From the NCBI GenBank assembly GCA_020891255.1, contig BQFW01000002.1, positions 124,001 to 188,000 of the forward strand: a stretch of 64,000 bases of DNA. Reading direction: 5' to 3'. Source of the stretch: Entomortierella parvispora E1425. Taxonomy: Eukaryota; Fungi; Mortierellomycota. Positions 50,501-63,595 of this stretch are shown here, in pieces (within the stretch, counting starts at the first letter, position 1; each line of letters starts with the position of its first letter). The notes below the pieces were generated by a model. The model made no database searches. It saw only the letters and a list, made by a program, of their open reading frames with translations, and had not been told where the DNA came from. A program made the position numbers and the translations under genes.

Positions 50501-51872
50501 GACTAGTCGACTGCCCCAAAGGAAAGAAGAGGAAGAAGAGGAAAATGCTGATGAGGACCGTGAGGGTGACGATGACGTGAACGAGAACGAGGACGAGATT
50601 GCAGATGACGAAGACAACGCCTCTGCCAAGGTCGCTGGCTCTCTTGAAATCCCTACCGCTCCTGAACATCGACCTTTTTACGCCCTTGGTCTCCATGGAC
50701 AGGCTTCAACCGACACGTATGCTCGCGAGATTGAGGAGTCCATCAAGAGAAAGACGCCACCGCAGGACTCTGGCAGAACTAGCAGACGGGGGTCTGAAGA
50801 GTCTGGTAACACTGACAAGGCACTCTCTTCCTCCCCCACCGTCGGCTCAAACGATGAAACTGCAGTTGCCGATGAGCAGGACGGTGGTACTGTCGATGTG
50901 ACCAAAGGGAATACGACCTCAGAGGCGCAGAAGGAGAAGGATGAAGGTGAAAGCTTGACTGAGGTCAAAGAAGCCAGCGAAAACAAAGATGCGTCCCCCA
51001 CAGTTGCAGAAAAGGAGGTCTTGGTTCTCAAGAAACCAGCAACAGGTGCTTCCACAGAGGAGAAGTCTGCGACTGAAGAAAGTCCCTCAGAGGTTGCAAC
51101 TGAGGCCGCGGTCCAGGAGAAGAATCAAAGGCTAGAGACCGACCATGACCACTCGAGCCCCAAGCAAGAGCCATCGCCCTCGTCCTCGACCGACGAGAAT
51201 GATCACCACCTTCAGTCTTCCATCTCGACTCTGTCTTCACCAGCCTCTGAAGATCCAAGTCGCTCCTCAAGCATCGGTCCTACAGGCGATGAAAACCGCG
51301 AGAATGACTCTGATCACTCAGCGGATGAATTGGCGGACGAGGACGAGGACGAGGACGAGGACGATGATGATGACGAGGAACACGAGTTGAATAGTGGTCA
51401 TGAAGGCGATGGATTTGTCTCTGATCTCTCCAGCACAGCCATGGCCTCCTCATCCTCTTTACTTTCATCTTCATCCTCGTTACATGATGCAACGGACCCC
51501 AACGCCAAGATCTCGAACGTGGATGATCAAAAACGTCAAAAGCTGCAGCAACAAAGACGCAAGAAGCGCCTCTTGGTCGACGATGCCAAACGCAAGCAGG
51601 AGCAATTGGACAAGATCAAGGCTCAACTCGAGCTCAAAACTCTGGGCAAGATCCGTCAGCAGGTCTCCTTCTGGGAGGAAAAGGGTGTCCTGGAGCAGAA
51701 GGTTGTTGGCGTCGTCGAAGTGGAGGATGAGCCCACAGAGGAACCCTCCGCCCAGCCCAAGCAGTCTAAAGATGATCCGTCACTCCAAGAGGAGACACGG
51801 AATGGTAATGTCGATCGCAAGGCGGATAAAGTCCCTTCCTCAGCGCCACCAACATCTCCTCAACGAAACTAA
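47522..51872 (+). CDS. Large mostly disordered S/E/D-rich hypothetical protein; possible divergent RhoGAP-like N-terminus
   Basis: A 1347-codon open frame plus two upstream exons (47522-47579 and 47743-47805) that splice into it in frame at 47899. The domain guess is weak. Confidence 0.7.
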
Positions 51873-52074
51873 AGAGTCCTAGATCGCACAAAAAAACACC
51901 CATGCGAATAAATGGTGGTTTCAAGAACACTTTTTATTCTATGGTACATGCAACGAAAAGAGGAGAGGAATATTACAACAATATTGAGCGGATATCGTCA
52001 CTCAAAACTTGATTCGGAAGGAAAGAGTACACAGGTATATGGAGAGGGGAAGCCAGAGGCGTCGCATCATGAGT

Positions 52075-53893
52075 CTAGCGGCAATCGTCAAACAACCGCA
52101 CATCCATGTCGCCTGAAAAGTCCCACACAATAATGTTCTTATCCTGTGATGTACTACGGGTCAGAGAGAATGAATAAAGTCATCTTGTTAGCAGTTGTTT
52201 CAACATGCCCGTCCCCAATTGATCATTTACTTTTTTTTTTTCAACATGCCAACACCAAAAAAGGTTCTTACCTAATGATACGCGTGGCAGAGAACTGGAC
52301 GTCAAACACCCAGCTGACATGCCCATTATCCAGGTTCAGCGTGCACTCGCCAGTCGTCATATCCCAGACCTTGACTGTGTTGTCATAGCTTCCGCTTACA
52401 ATCCTGTTCTTGTCGAAATGAAGCGTCCGCACCAAGTCGTTGTGGCCTCGGAGCACCCGGAGGCACTCTCCTGTTTTAGCGTCCCAGACTCGAATCGTCT
52501 TGTCATTTGAGCCCGAGACGATCGTCTCGCCATCGAACTGAACACAAGCCAGTCCACGATCATGGCCCTCAAAATCCCGAATACATTGTCCAGTGCCGAC
52601 ATTCCACAGCTTGACCAGCGTATCTCCAGAGGCCGAGACGACGTGTCCCTTGTATAATTGAACAGCATTCACGGGTCCGCTATGGCCCTCCATGATCCTG
52701 ACCAGTGCTCCTGTTTTGACATCCCAGACCATGATTTTAGTGTCCTTGGAGCAACTAACGATATACTCGTCATCGAAACAGACATCCAGTACTCCGGCAG
52801 TGTGGCCTCTCAAACGCATCCGTTGTTTCAGTGTTTCCATGTCCCAGACAATCAGGGTGTGATCGGACGATCCAGAGACCATGATCTTTTCGTTGAACTG
52901 CAAACAGAGCACAGACTGAGAATGACCTTCCAGCGTCTTTGTACATTTGAGAGAAAAGAGATCCCAGATCTTGATGGTCCGATCTCGAGATCCAGTGACA
53001 ATCTTTTGGCGATCAAACTGAACACAGTACACACTGTCCGTGTGCCCTTGGACCTTTGTCTTTCGGGGGGGTTTAGACCAGCGGGCTTCCAGTAGCTTGC
53101 GATCGTGACAAAGCATCTTCCAATTGAGGGGCTTCATCTGCGGGACAAGGCTGTGGTTTTGAGCTGACGACGAGGGGTCCGAAAGAGCCTGAGAGCCACC
53201 GGAATGCTGAGATCCTGCCTTGGAAAATTCCTGATGTGCGTTCATCATGTCGAGAAAGGGCATCTTGGTAGGGCGGGGAGGGAGATAGATGGACCATTGC
53301 TTTTGATACAAATACACGCTCTTCCAGACACCATTGTCGCGTGCAAACTGGTTCCAAGTCCTGGAGATGAGGGCGACCTTGGTGAGGTTGTGCATATCGA
53401 CAAAGTGCAGGATGTAGGTGGCAATCTCATATGGCAGCTTGGAAAGGAGGTCTATGTGGGGCCCACGGAGAATAATGTCAAAATGCCGGTCGACGAGCAG
53501 CTGCCGCCGTTCGGGCGAAGGGTATGCTGGTTGGAAGCGGCGGCGAAGAAACGGGTCCAAAGAGACTTGGCCCATTTGTGTTACAAAGAGAGATTGTGGA
53601 GTAGTGGGCACAGAAGAGGATACAGAAGACAACGCTGGGGAGCCCATTGCCGCTGCTGTGGTTTGAGCAACCTCGGTTAAGGGAGGTGCAGCCCACTGTC
53701 TGATGGTCCAAGCAGAGTCGAGGGGGTTGAGGGAGGACACTGCTCCTGTGCCAGTGCTGGCACCACCTGCACCACCACTCAATCTCCCCAGCTGTGGAGA
53801 GGTCTGGGCATGAGCAAGTGCATTAGCCTGAGCCTGGGCCTCAGCTTGAGCCTGCCCAAGTAATGAGGAATGATTCGAGGGGGGAGAAGACAT
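52075..53893 (-). CDS. F-box/WD40 SCF substrate receptor, beta-TrCP/FWD-1/Pof11-like
   Basis: F-box IDLLSKLPYEIATYILHFVD; WD40 repeats GHTDSVYCVQFD...IVTGSRDRTIKIWD and GHDRGLACVQFD; last exon STSQDKNIIVWDF...*. The true 5' end may lie further upstream. Confidence 0.9.
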
Positions 53894-54300
53894 GAATGTC
53901 ACGGGAAGGCGGGAGGGGTGAAGAGCGACAGCAATGAGATTGAGAATGGGCGAAAAGAGATTGAGGGAGAGAGAAAGAAGGATAATTATAGCGGCCAGAA
54001 ATACGAAGGGGGGGGGGGGGGTGTTGAATGGAAGAGAAGAGGACAGACAGACAGACAGACAGACAGGCAGACAGACAAGCAAGCAAGCAAGGGAAGGGAA
54101 GGGAAGAGAAGGATGGGAGGATGTTGGGACAGAAGACCAAAAGACCAGGCATGGAAGAAAAAAAATCTTTGGGCGACTGACTCGCGTCCTTCTGGTGTCT
54201 CAGTCAGAGTCGCTTCTGTCTTCCGTCTCTCTTTCTCTCTTTGTTTGCCACCAAACCACCCCAGATGTGTCCTCCCAGTCCGTCATTCCTTTCCACTCTT

Positions 54301-55314
54301 TCACAACCACCCTGGCCCTTTCTCGCCCTTTTTCTCGCTCTTTCTCGTGGAAAAACGTGCCAATGTGGTTGTCTGTCTACGTGTGCTGAGCTGTTTGCTG
54401 TTGGAGGTGTTGTTTGTTTGTTTTGGGATGGCAGAGTGCTTCGCTCGGTGACGATGAATTCTTTTGTTCTTACCTTGCGCTCCAAGAAGCGGATGGTGGT
54501 ATTGATGAACAGATTCCTCCGACTTGAGGTGGCGGAGCATCGTGGGCGAGATCGAGAGCCGGGCTCCTGTGGCGTAACAAGGCGCGAGATCAATCATTGG
54601 GCTTGGCTGCAGAATCAGATTCGGTGCTGGCAAGGACGTAAATTGATCCAGATCGCGTTCAACTCTAGACATCTGAAGGGGTTGCTTTGCTTGCTTTGGA
54701 CTACGACTCGTATTTGGATGATTGCTCTTGGGCAAAGGCATGCCACGGAAAGGGGATCGAAGTTGGGCCACGGTCGAAGGGGACCAGGTAGACGAATATG
54801 GATTAACGGAATAAACTGTCGTTGGCACGGATGGGGGACTAGCTGGACTCGTCACAGAGGATCCGGTGGCAGCAGTGGCAGGATGAGCAGTAGAGCTGCC
54901 TCTGCCGCTACCGCCGCAGTTGGTGTTGTTGCTATTGCGTCGACCTGTCAGCGTCGTGGTAATGGAGGAGAGGGTGGACGACGTGAGCGATGGGCTCGAG
55001 GATCGGTCTCGGAAGGAAGGAAACGACCTGACCTTGAACCGGCTACTGCGTCTACTTTTCTGTGGCGCCACACCTGCACCTGCTGATGAGGATGAGGACG
55101 AGGACGTCGAAAGAGACGAGTTTGCAGTAGTCGGTACCGTGGAGGAGCCAGAAGACGAGGACGAGGACGAGGACGAGGCAGTAGAGAGTGGAGGAGACGA
55201 CGAGGTCGAATCTGTGGGGGAAGATGAAGAGTGGGATTTCCGATGGAGCGAAAAGGCATGTTTTGCCTTGAGAAACAGGGCAGATGTCTGTATTTTGAGC
55301 GAAAGATGGCCCAT
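54301..55314 (-). CDS. Ser-rich ORF, either an upstream exon of the F-box/WD40 gene or a separate gene
   Basis: ATG 55314, protein-like Ser-rich frame, strong donor CAAG|GTAAGA at 54473. No clean in-frame acceptor was identified. Confidence 0.5.
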   Translation of the reverse strand: MGHLSLKIQTSALFLKAKHAFSLHRKSHSSSSPTDSTSSSPPLSTASSSSSSSSSGSSTVPTTANSSLSTSSSSSSSAGAGVAPQKSRRSSRFKVRSFPSFRDRSSSPSLTSSTLSSITTTLTGRRNSNNTNCGGSGRGSSTAHPATAATGSSVTSPASPPSVPTTVYSVNPYSSTWSPSTVAQLRSPFRGMPLPKSNHPNTSRSPKQAKQPLQMSRVERDLDQFTSLPAPNLILQPSPMIDLAPCYATGARLSISPTMLRHLKSEESVHQYHHPLLGAQGKNKRIHRHRAKHSAIPKQTNNTSNSKQLSTRRQTTTLARFSTRKSEKKGEKGPGWL

Positions 55315-57295
55315 GTTTGAAGGCAGGGGAAAGGGGGTATGTTGACAGGAGACGAAGTGTCGATGATGTCGATGACAACAAGGTGTCGATCGCGGATTGT
55401 AAGGTTGAGGAGGATTGGCGTGTGGACCAAGGGGAGGAAGGGGAGGGGGAGGAAGGGGAGGAGCGGGGTTAGCGATCGAAAGGAAGTCAATTGGAGAAGA
55501 CTGGAACAAATTGAATGGGAAGCCACGGGGCGGGTATCCGTTTTTCCAGGCGTTTGTTTTCCAGGGCCCAGGGGAAAAGGATGGAGAGCTGGCAGGTTGA
55601 ACGGGGCTGGTAACGTCTTTTTATTGTTGGAGACGAGGAGGACGAAGCAAGAGTACGGGGGAGAGGGAGTAAGAGAGCAGGGAAGGAAAGGAATGTGCAG
55701 AGTAAGTGAAGGGATTCAGACAACAGAATGGCAAGACAGCGAATGAATGAGAAAAGAAAAGAACGCGAATGACAAACCCCTCTGGGCAAAGAAAAGGAGA
55801 AGGAGGGGCTGGAGGGAAGGGAAGAGAGTCCGGGAGGGACAGGAAGGGAATGGAGGGGAAAGCGTAAGCAACGAAAAGGCAGAAGAGGTGCAAGCAAGCA
55901 AGAAGGGGAATCAATTCGACGACTGCGTCCTGGAGGATGCACTCTGGACAGGAGACCAGCTGGACAGATGGAGAGTGTGTGACAGAGTGGACTGGGATGA
56001 AGAAAGAGAGAGAACCCTTACCGCTGTAGACTGGACCATGGTCGAAGGCGACACGGATGACGAGGAGGGAGGAGGAGGGAGGAGGAGGACAGGTGGGGCT
56101 GCGGTGGCGGAGGTTTCTGGTGTTCTGGTGTTGAGAGGCAAAACAGGGGAGGCAAGGTGGTGACAAATTGACAAATTTGCAATGGTGGCGTCAGGACGAG
56201 GAAGGAAGGTGAGGAAAGAAAGGGAAGGGAAGAAAGGCAAGAGAAGGTGGAGAAGAAAGCGCGGCAAACGGGGACAAAGGACGGAGGAAATCAATTTACC
56301 CCTGGAGGGTGTGGTGGGAGTGTGTAGGGTTCGAAAGTGGCCAAGCGCGATGATTTGATGGATCGATCGATGGGACTGTGGATCGATTGATTTGCCTGTT
56401 GGTCAGCCATGCAGCAACACTTCTATTGGGCTGATTGGTGTGGGTGAGGCATCCGGCAACCAGCAACTCTCCTCTGCACTGCACTTATTTTCGCTGTCTG
56501 TGTGTTGTGTGTTGTGTGTTGTGTGTTGTAGTCCATGTGTGTGCCTGTCTGCCAGCTGGACATGCTTCAAAGGACGCAAAGATTTGTTCTATTTGTGGTT
56601 GTTGGTCGTTCGATCGTTTCTGACTTTTGTGCCCCTCTCCACTCCAGTCCTGCCTGGTGCGTCCAGTCCTGTCCTGTGCTGCCAGTCGGTCTGTCTTTTC
56701 CCTCTCTGTCCCTGGTAAAGGTCTGATCTTGATGATCGTTGGAGGGCCCTTGCGTGGAAACATGAAGGCGACTGGCGACCGAAAACAAAGGAGATAAGGC
56801 AGGAACGAACGGAGGAACAAAGGACTCCTGTTCGCTGGCCCTGGTTCCTTGCTGTTGCCTGCTGCCTGTGCACACGACAGACCTTTTTGTGGCCACCGAC
56901 ATGCAAAACAAACAAATCCAACCGCCTGGCCCTCTGTCTCTTTCGCTCTCATCTCTCATTCTTGCTCTTCATCTTGGTCTTTTTTCTTCTTGTTTTGCGG
57001 CCACTTCATCATCATCCCTCTTTCCTTTCTTTCATCCATCATCTTCCCAACCCCTCCCCCTCTCCTTCCAGGTACATGCATGTGCATTCACCGCCATGTG
57101 TAAAAATAGCCAGGCACATCTCTGAGAGACACACACAGCCCCAATCTAGTTACTGACAACTCTCTCCTCTTTCTCTCTCCTCTTTCTCTCTCCTCTGTTC
57201 TCTCTTCCTCATTCCTTGTCAACCTCATCTTCTCTGCTTGCCGCACATTCTTCTTCTTCCCCCCTTAACCTCCTCCACAGACTCATTCGTCCGTC

Positions 57296-59163
57296 ATGAG
57301 CGGTAGAGATCGTCTTGCCGACTTCCAGGTGCGGCTCTTTTCATTTCCACACACGCACTCTATCAACGGATTCCCCATTCTTCCTTCAGTCAAAACTCAC
57401 TGTCGCGACATCTCGCTTCTTCAATTTAGGCACAGTCCTCGAACAATGGCAACCAAAACAACTACGGGTACAACTCGACTTTTGACTCGTAACCTTCTTG
57501 GCCAAATGGTGATAATCAAGAGATTAACTGTGGGCTTCTCTCGTATATAGTCAGCAGCAACAGTACGGCCAGCAGCAGCAGCAGTACTACGGTGGAGGAC
57601 AGCAGAATCAGTACTCTCAACAGAACCAGTACGCCCAGCAGAGCCAATACTCTCCTCAGAGCCAGTATCAGCAACAACAGCAGCCCTATGGAGGTCGTCA
57701 GCAGCCTTCCTCGCCCACGCGCATTGAGATGACCCAGATCCCCAGTCAAGGAGCTGGTGGTAACGACATGAACGCGTTCTTCAACGAGGTAAACTTATTT
57801 GTTTCGGACACTTTGCTCGCAACCCTCAGCGCACAAGGAGCGTATTGATTGGGCTCAATTGAGCACTCAGGGAGACAAATAGACACGAATGGCCTACTGC
57901 GACTGGGAAGGAGTGCAGGACAAACTCATCAAACTCAAGCTACAAATAAGCGGCTCACACCGTCGGCGATTGGAGAACCTGGATATTAATACCCTTTTTA
58001 CGACCCTGTTTGTCCTCTTCCATATCCTAGGTGACCTCGATTCAGGAAGACATTACCAGGATCGAGCAAAACATCTCAAAGATTGAGGAACTGCACGATG
58101 TTTCTCTCAACGGCGTCGCGACCGAGGACCAGACTGCTCGCACCACCCGTCAGTTGGAGTCGATCACTGCTGACACCACTCAATTGTCCAACCGCACCAA
58201 GAAGAGAATCAAGGGTACAAACCATATTTTTGGCACCGGTGGAGGATTGAAAAGTCCATGTTTAGATAGCACGAACCTAACCACCTTGTGTTTCCTTTAG
58301 ATATTGAACTTGCCAACCTTCGCTTGGCCAGCTCGCCCGAAATTCAGATCCGTAGGACTCAGGCTCAAGCTTTGAAGGACAAGTTCCTGAAAACTTTGCG
58401 CCGCTACCAGTCCTCTGAAAGCGAAGCGAGAAAGAAGTACCAGGGTCGCATGGAGAGACAGTACCGCATTGGTAAAGAAGATTGCCAGTTTTGGTGCGCT
58501 GTGACGACCGGGCTACTCGCTAACTCTGCATTTTAATTTTGATAGTCAAACCCGATGCCAGTCCTCAGGAAATCCAGCAGGTCATGGAGAGCGACAACCA
58601 GCAGATCTTTGCTCAATCTGTAAGCGAGAAACAGGATTCCTATCCTCATGGACTATTTGTTACACTAGAAATCTGGATGTCGACTAAACTAACACAATTC
58701 TTGGATGAATAGGTTCTTCAAAGCACCCGCTATGGCGATGCCAACAGGGCTCTCCGCGAGGTTCAGAGCCGTCATGATGACATCAAGAAGATTGAAAAGA
58801 CCATTCTGGAGTTGCACCAGCTTTTCATTGACATGGAGACTTTGGTCACGGAACAGGCTGTGGTGATGAACACGATTGAGGAGAACACCCAGCAGACAGA
58901 TGTGCACCTGGAGACCGGCAACAAGGAGGTCGACATTGCTATCACCAATGCCCGCGGTGCCAGAAAAAAGAAGTGGATCTGCTTCATCATTACGCTTATC
59001 CTCCTTATTATCATTGCCATCATTGTCTACGTCCAGGTATGTATCCATTGTGATTGTTATCTCGGGGGAGGGGGGTTCTACAGGTTGAATATAGGGAACT
59101 ATGTTTGTTCTCTCTGATCTAACCGTTCGTTCTTTAATTTAACAGCTCAAGCCCAAGAACTAA
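57296..59163 (+). CDS. SSO1: Plasma-membrane syntaxin (Qa-SNARE), Sso1/2-like
   Basis: MSGRDRLADF start, Habc exons, SNARE motif ALREVQSRHDDIKKIEKTILELHQLF, TM KKWICFIITLILLIIIAIIVYV, short final exon LKPKN*. Confidence 0.92.
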
Positions 59164-59495
59164 ACGCATGCTGTCAGTGACATGCATCCTGTCTGCCCAT
59201 CACTGAAACGACACCCCTTCCCCTCCTTTATTCTTTCTCGAGAACAGCTATACCTGACGACAGCGACTCGCGCTGTCCATAATTCTGATATCCTCGCCTC
59301 TATTACAAACCCTCGTGCGATCGTCAAGATCATAATAAAAGAAATGAAAACCAGAAACAGAAGTCCCCGGTTTCGTCAGATTTGTCTCCTTGCTGACACA
59401 CGAGCAGAGGCTCTGGAGGGCGATTTGTCAAATGGGACGAGCTAAGCCACCGAATCTCACGGATGCTTTCTCAGCGTTCAGGCTGGTCAATGGGA

Positions 59496-59502
59496 TATAA
59501 AA
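59496..59502 (+). promoter_or_regulatory. Candidate TATA box upstream of GST copy 1
   Basis: TATAAAA followed by a pyrimidine-rich tract; position only, no functional data. Confidence 0.4.
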
Positions 59503-59755
59503 CCTGTCTCTTCTCCCTCCTTCAGATCTCCATCAACCACATATCTTGCCCCCATCGTCCTCTCCAGCCTTCACGTCAACACTCCCCACCAACATTCTCT
59601 CCTCCAAGTTGCGCCCAGCCCTTTTGCTGTCAAAAGGCCTCTTCCGCACCGCTGCTCTAGCTTCTTGCCTTCGCGTCATCCCCGTCACTCTCAACCCATC
59701 GGCCCATAACGCCCTTGTCGACTCCAATCCACCACAACAACACCAACAAAGAACC

Positions 59756-61063
59756 ATGTCTACTGATACCGCCACCCCTTCCATTCTCAAGTGGGCCAAC
59801 GATAAGACTGGCGAGTTCAAGCGCCAAGTCTCCACCTTCCGCGACAACATTGTCGATGAACCCAACGCGAAGTTCACTCCGGAGGCGTAAGCTACTTTTC
59901 TTTTTCTTTTTTTTTTTCCACAGAAACCAAAAGTCGTTGACATTTTTGACTAATCTGTTCCTCCCCCCATTTGTGCTTCTTGGTTGTAGTGGCCGCTACC
60001 ACCTGTACGTTTCGCTCGCCTGCCCTTGGGTAAGAACAAAAAAGAAAAAAATTGTTCAAGAAGAAACTTTGGTGCATGTCGCACAATGTTGCGCCATCTT
60101 GAGCTGACCTCCGGTTTTTTTTTTGTTTTTATTTCTTTTCTCAGGCTCACCGCACTCTTCTCGTCCGCGCTTTGAAAGGACTGGAGGATATCATCTCGGT
60201 TGATGTTGTTCACTGGCACATGCAAGAGATGGGCTGGCCCTTCAAGGAGGGCTATGAAGACTCGCTCTACGGTGCAAAGTATATTCGTGAGATCTACTTC
60301 AAGGCTCAATCTGATTACAGCGGACGCTTCACTGTCCCTGTTCTCTGGGACAAGAAGACTCAGACTGTCGGTAAGTGGTAGCCTTCGGGAGACATAAACG
60401 AGAAGGATCTTTTGAGGCGTTCCTCTTGACCGTGGGAATATTGGCCCAGGACATGCACTCATTCTCTCTTTATTCTCTTTTTATTCTCTTTTTATTCTCT
60501 TTTGCAATGGTCCACTAGTCAACAACGAGAGTAGTGAGATTATTCGCATGTTGAACACCGCCTTTGACAAGCTTGTTCCCGAGAAGGCTGGCATCAACTT
60601 TTACCCTGACAATCTCAAGGCTGAGATTGACTCTGTAAATGAATGGATCTATGACACCGTCAACAATGGAGTGTACAAGTCTGGATTTGCGACCACACAG
60701 GAAGCCTATGAGGCCAATGTCTTCCCCCTGTTCAAGTCTCTGGACAGAATCGAGGAAATGTTGAGCAAGTCGGATTACCTGGTGGGCAACACTCTTACAG
60801 AGGCGGATTTGCGTTTGTGGACAACCATTATCCGCTTTGACCCTGTGTACCACGGTCATTTCAAGTGCAACATCAAGGGCATTGAGAAGGACTACCCCCA
60901 CATCTTGAAGTGGGCACGTCGCATCTACCAGATGCCCAAGGTTGCAGAGACGGTGAACATGGAGCACATCAAGAACCACTATTACAAGTCCCATCTTCAG
61001 ATCAACCCCACTGGCATCGTCCCTGCCGGCACTGGACCCAACCTTGCCGAGCCCAAGATCTAA
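59756..61063 (+). CDS. ECM4: Omega-class / glutathionyl-hydroquinone reductase-type glutathione transferase, copy 1 (Ecm4/YqjG family)
   Basis: GEFKRQVSTFR, GRYHLYVSLACPW|AHR, FTVPVLWDKK, VNNESSEIIRM, YDTVNNGVYK, IRFDPVYHGHFKCN, HIKNHYYKSH...NPTGIVP. Confidence 0.95.
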
Positions 61064-61399
61064 GGGCGAGGATCTGACTGGACCTGTCCACGAAAGAAAC
61101 AACTGTACAGTCTCTGTTTTTCAGACAAACAATAAAAAAGAAGTACAATAACAACTACCTGACTGGAAACGTTACTGACGCGAATGGTTGTCAGATGCTC
61201 GCATTGCGCAGACTCCTTGCCAACAAAATGGATGTCCCAGTCCTGCTTCCGTGGCGATTGATCCGTGCGAGACCGTGTCTCAGTCCCAGATTCCCAAGCG
61301 AGCGGCGAACAGGAACAAAACACGATAAATTGTGGAACTCTTTTTTTTTTTTTTTTTTTGTTGACTTTCATCTTCGACCCGCCTTTCATCCCAAACGAC

Positions 61400-62950
61400 A
61401 TGCACACGGCGAGTCGTCTGCTGTGCACTCTGCCCAGACTATCACCTTCATCACCCTGTTTAACAAGGTTCACTCGCCTCAACACCGCGGTTGCCGCTCG
61501 CTCTCTCCCCACATCCTCTAGCATTGCCTCTCAGCGTCTCCTTCTCTGTTCTGGATCCTTTCGCGCAATGTCGTCTTCCTCCACGCCTCATGATCCAATA
61601 GCCTCTGGTCCTGGTGCTACCTCATTCGAGGCTGGATTTGCAGACTCTACTGGAGAGTTCAAGCGCCAGGCTTCGTCTTTCCGGGATAGTATTGAAAATA
61701 CCCCCGGTTCCAAGTTCCCTGCTGAAAAGTAAAGAAGGTGGTGTTGTACTTTTACGGGACGATTGTCAAAAGTTGATTCTAATCGACAACTATCAACAAC
61801 TCATTCAATAATTAGGGCTCGTTATCATCTCTATGTTTCCTATACATGTCCATGGGTATGGAATCTGTTGAAGAGGCAAGAGGTATATTGCTCTACTTGC
61901 TTCATATACTTCATGGTTATTAAATGAACCTCTACCCACCCTCCATTCTACTCTAGGCCCACCGAACAATGCTTGTGAGAGCTCTGAAGGGACTGGAGGA
62001 TGTGATCTCAGTAGACAGTGTTCATTATATCTTGGATGAAGGCGGTTGGGAATTCAAGGACGAGTTCAGGGATTCGTTGTATCGTTCTCACTACCTTCGA
62101 GAGATCTACCTGAAAGCCGATCCTCAGTATGATGCCCGAGTGACAGTGCCTGTGCTTTGGGACAAGAAGACCAAGACCATTGGTAAGCTTCACCCTCACC
62201 CTGCGTCTGTTGGGCCCCAAAGAGGATCGAACTGCTCGATTTCAAGAATGCAACAGCCAACAACACCACTACGTGACCTTTTCTAAACACACCCCGCGTT
62301 CTCTCTTCTTCCCATGCTCTCTCAGTCAACAACGAAAGTAGCGAGATCATCCGCATGTTGAACACAGCGTTTGACAAGCTTGTACCTGGGAAAGCCGGTA
62401 TCAACCTTTACCCTGACCACCTCAAGGCTGAGATCGACTCTGTGAACGAATGGATCTATGACACTGTCAACAATGGAGTGTACAAATGTGGATTTGCGAC
62501 CACGCAGGAAGCCTATGACAAGAATGTCTACCCGCTCTTTGAGTCCCTTGACAAGATCGGGGGCATGTTGAGCAAGTCGGATTACCTGGTGGGCAAAACG
62601 CTCACTGAGGCAGATGTCCGTCTGTGGACGACAGTCATTCGATTCGATCCGGTGTACCATGGTCATTTCAAGTGCAACATCAAGGGCATCGAGAAGGACT
62701 ATCCTCATATTTTGAAATGGGCCAGAAGGATCTATCAGATGCCCAAGGTCGCGGAGACGGTCAATATGAAATGGATCAAGGATGGATATTACCAATCGCA
62801 CCCCAGTGTAAGTTTCTACCAATGAGAGAAAAAAAACGATGCACCTCTACGTGTTTTGACACGTTTTTGAATGCTTTTTTTTAGATGAACCCCACTCGTA
62901 TCGTGGCTGCCGGTTGGGGCCCTAATCTTGCAGAACCAAAGATCGTCTAG
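61400..62950 (+). CDS. Omega-class glutathione transferase, copy 2, with presequence-like N-terminus
   Basis: MHTASRLL... then GEFKRQASSFR, YHLYVSYTCPW|AHR, and a large exon highly similar to copy 1; final exon MNPTRIVAAGWGPNLAEPKIV*. Confidence 0.93.
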
Positions 62951-63563
62951 GCGCGCGAGAGATGAGGTTCACGCGGACGCGATAGTCCATTGGCCGTTCT
63001 TGTAGCAAATAGGGATGAATCTTGCAAGAAATAAAAAAGAAAAAAAACGGCTTTGTTGGCCTAGAATCATTACAAATACACGAGACGCCTGCGCAGTGTT
63101 GTCCATTGCTTGGTACTGTGAAGGATCGACAAAAGTATGCATCCTGCATGCAAGCGGCGCTTTGAACCCCCCGAGCCAAATCGCTTAAATGACAAATACA
63201 AGCTGGGGCGAGGGTAGGAAAGGTTGGTGAGCCTCCCTGTTCATCCCTCGGTATGGCCCCCCATTTCACGTCGTCATTTCTGTGTTTCCCCTTCTTCCTT
63301 TGTCTTTGAGGAGGTATCTGCAGAAAAAACCAACTTCTCTGGGCACGTCAAGTCGGGTGTCCTGATGCTTGTGTTTCCTCAGCCACTGCATGACAAATTC
63401 GCCCGCCAAATGAGCACATCCCATCTTTCCTCTGCCTTTGTATAAAACCCTTCGTTTATCACTTCTTGTCCTTCCACATTCTATCATTCAAACACACTCA
63501 CATCCCTCTATTCAAATACTCTGAAAGAAAAGACTCGCCTACTCATCTCAGTCTCCAACCAAC

Positions 63564-63595
<32 letters not shown>

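Noticed and set aside
56320-56345. GGTTCGAA, resembling a tRNA T-loop
   Set aside because: No T-stem, acceptor stem or D arm can be formed.
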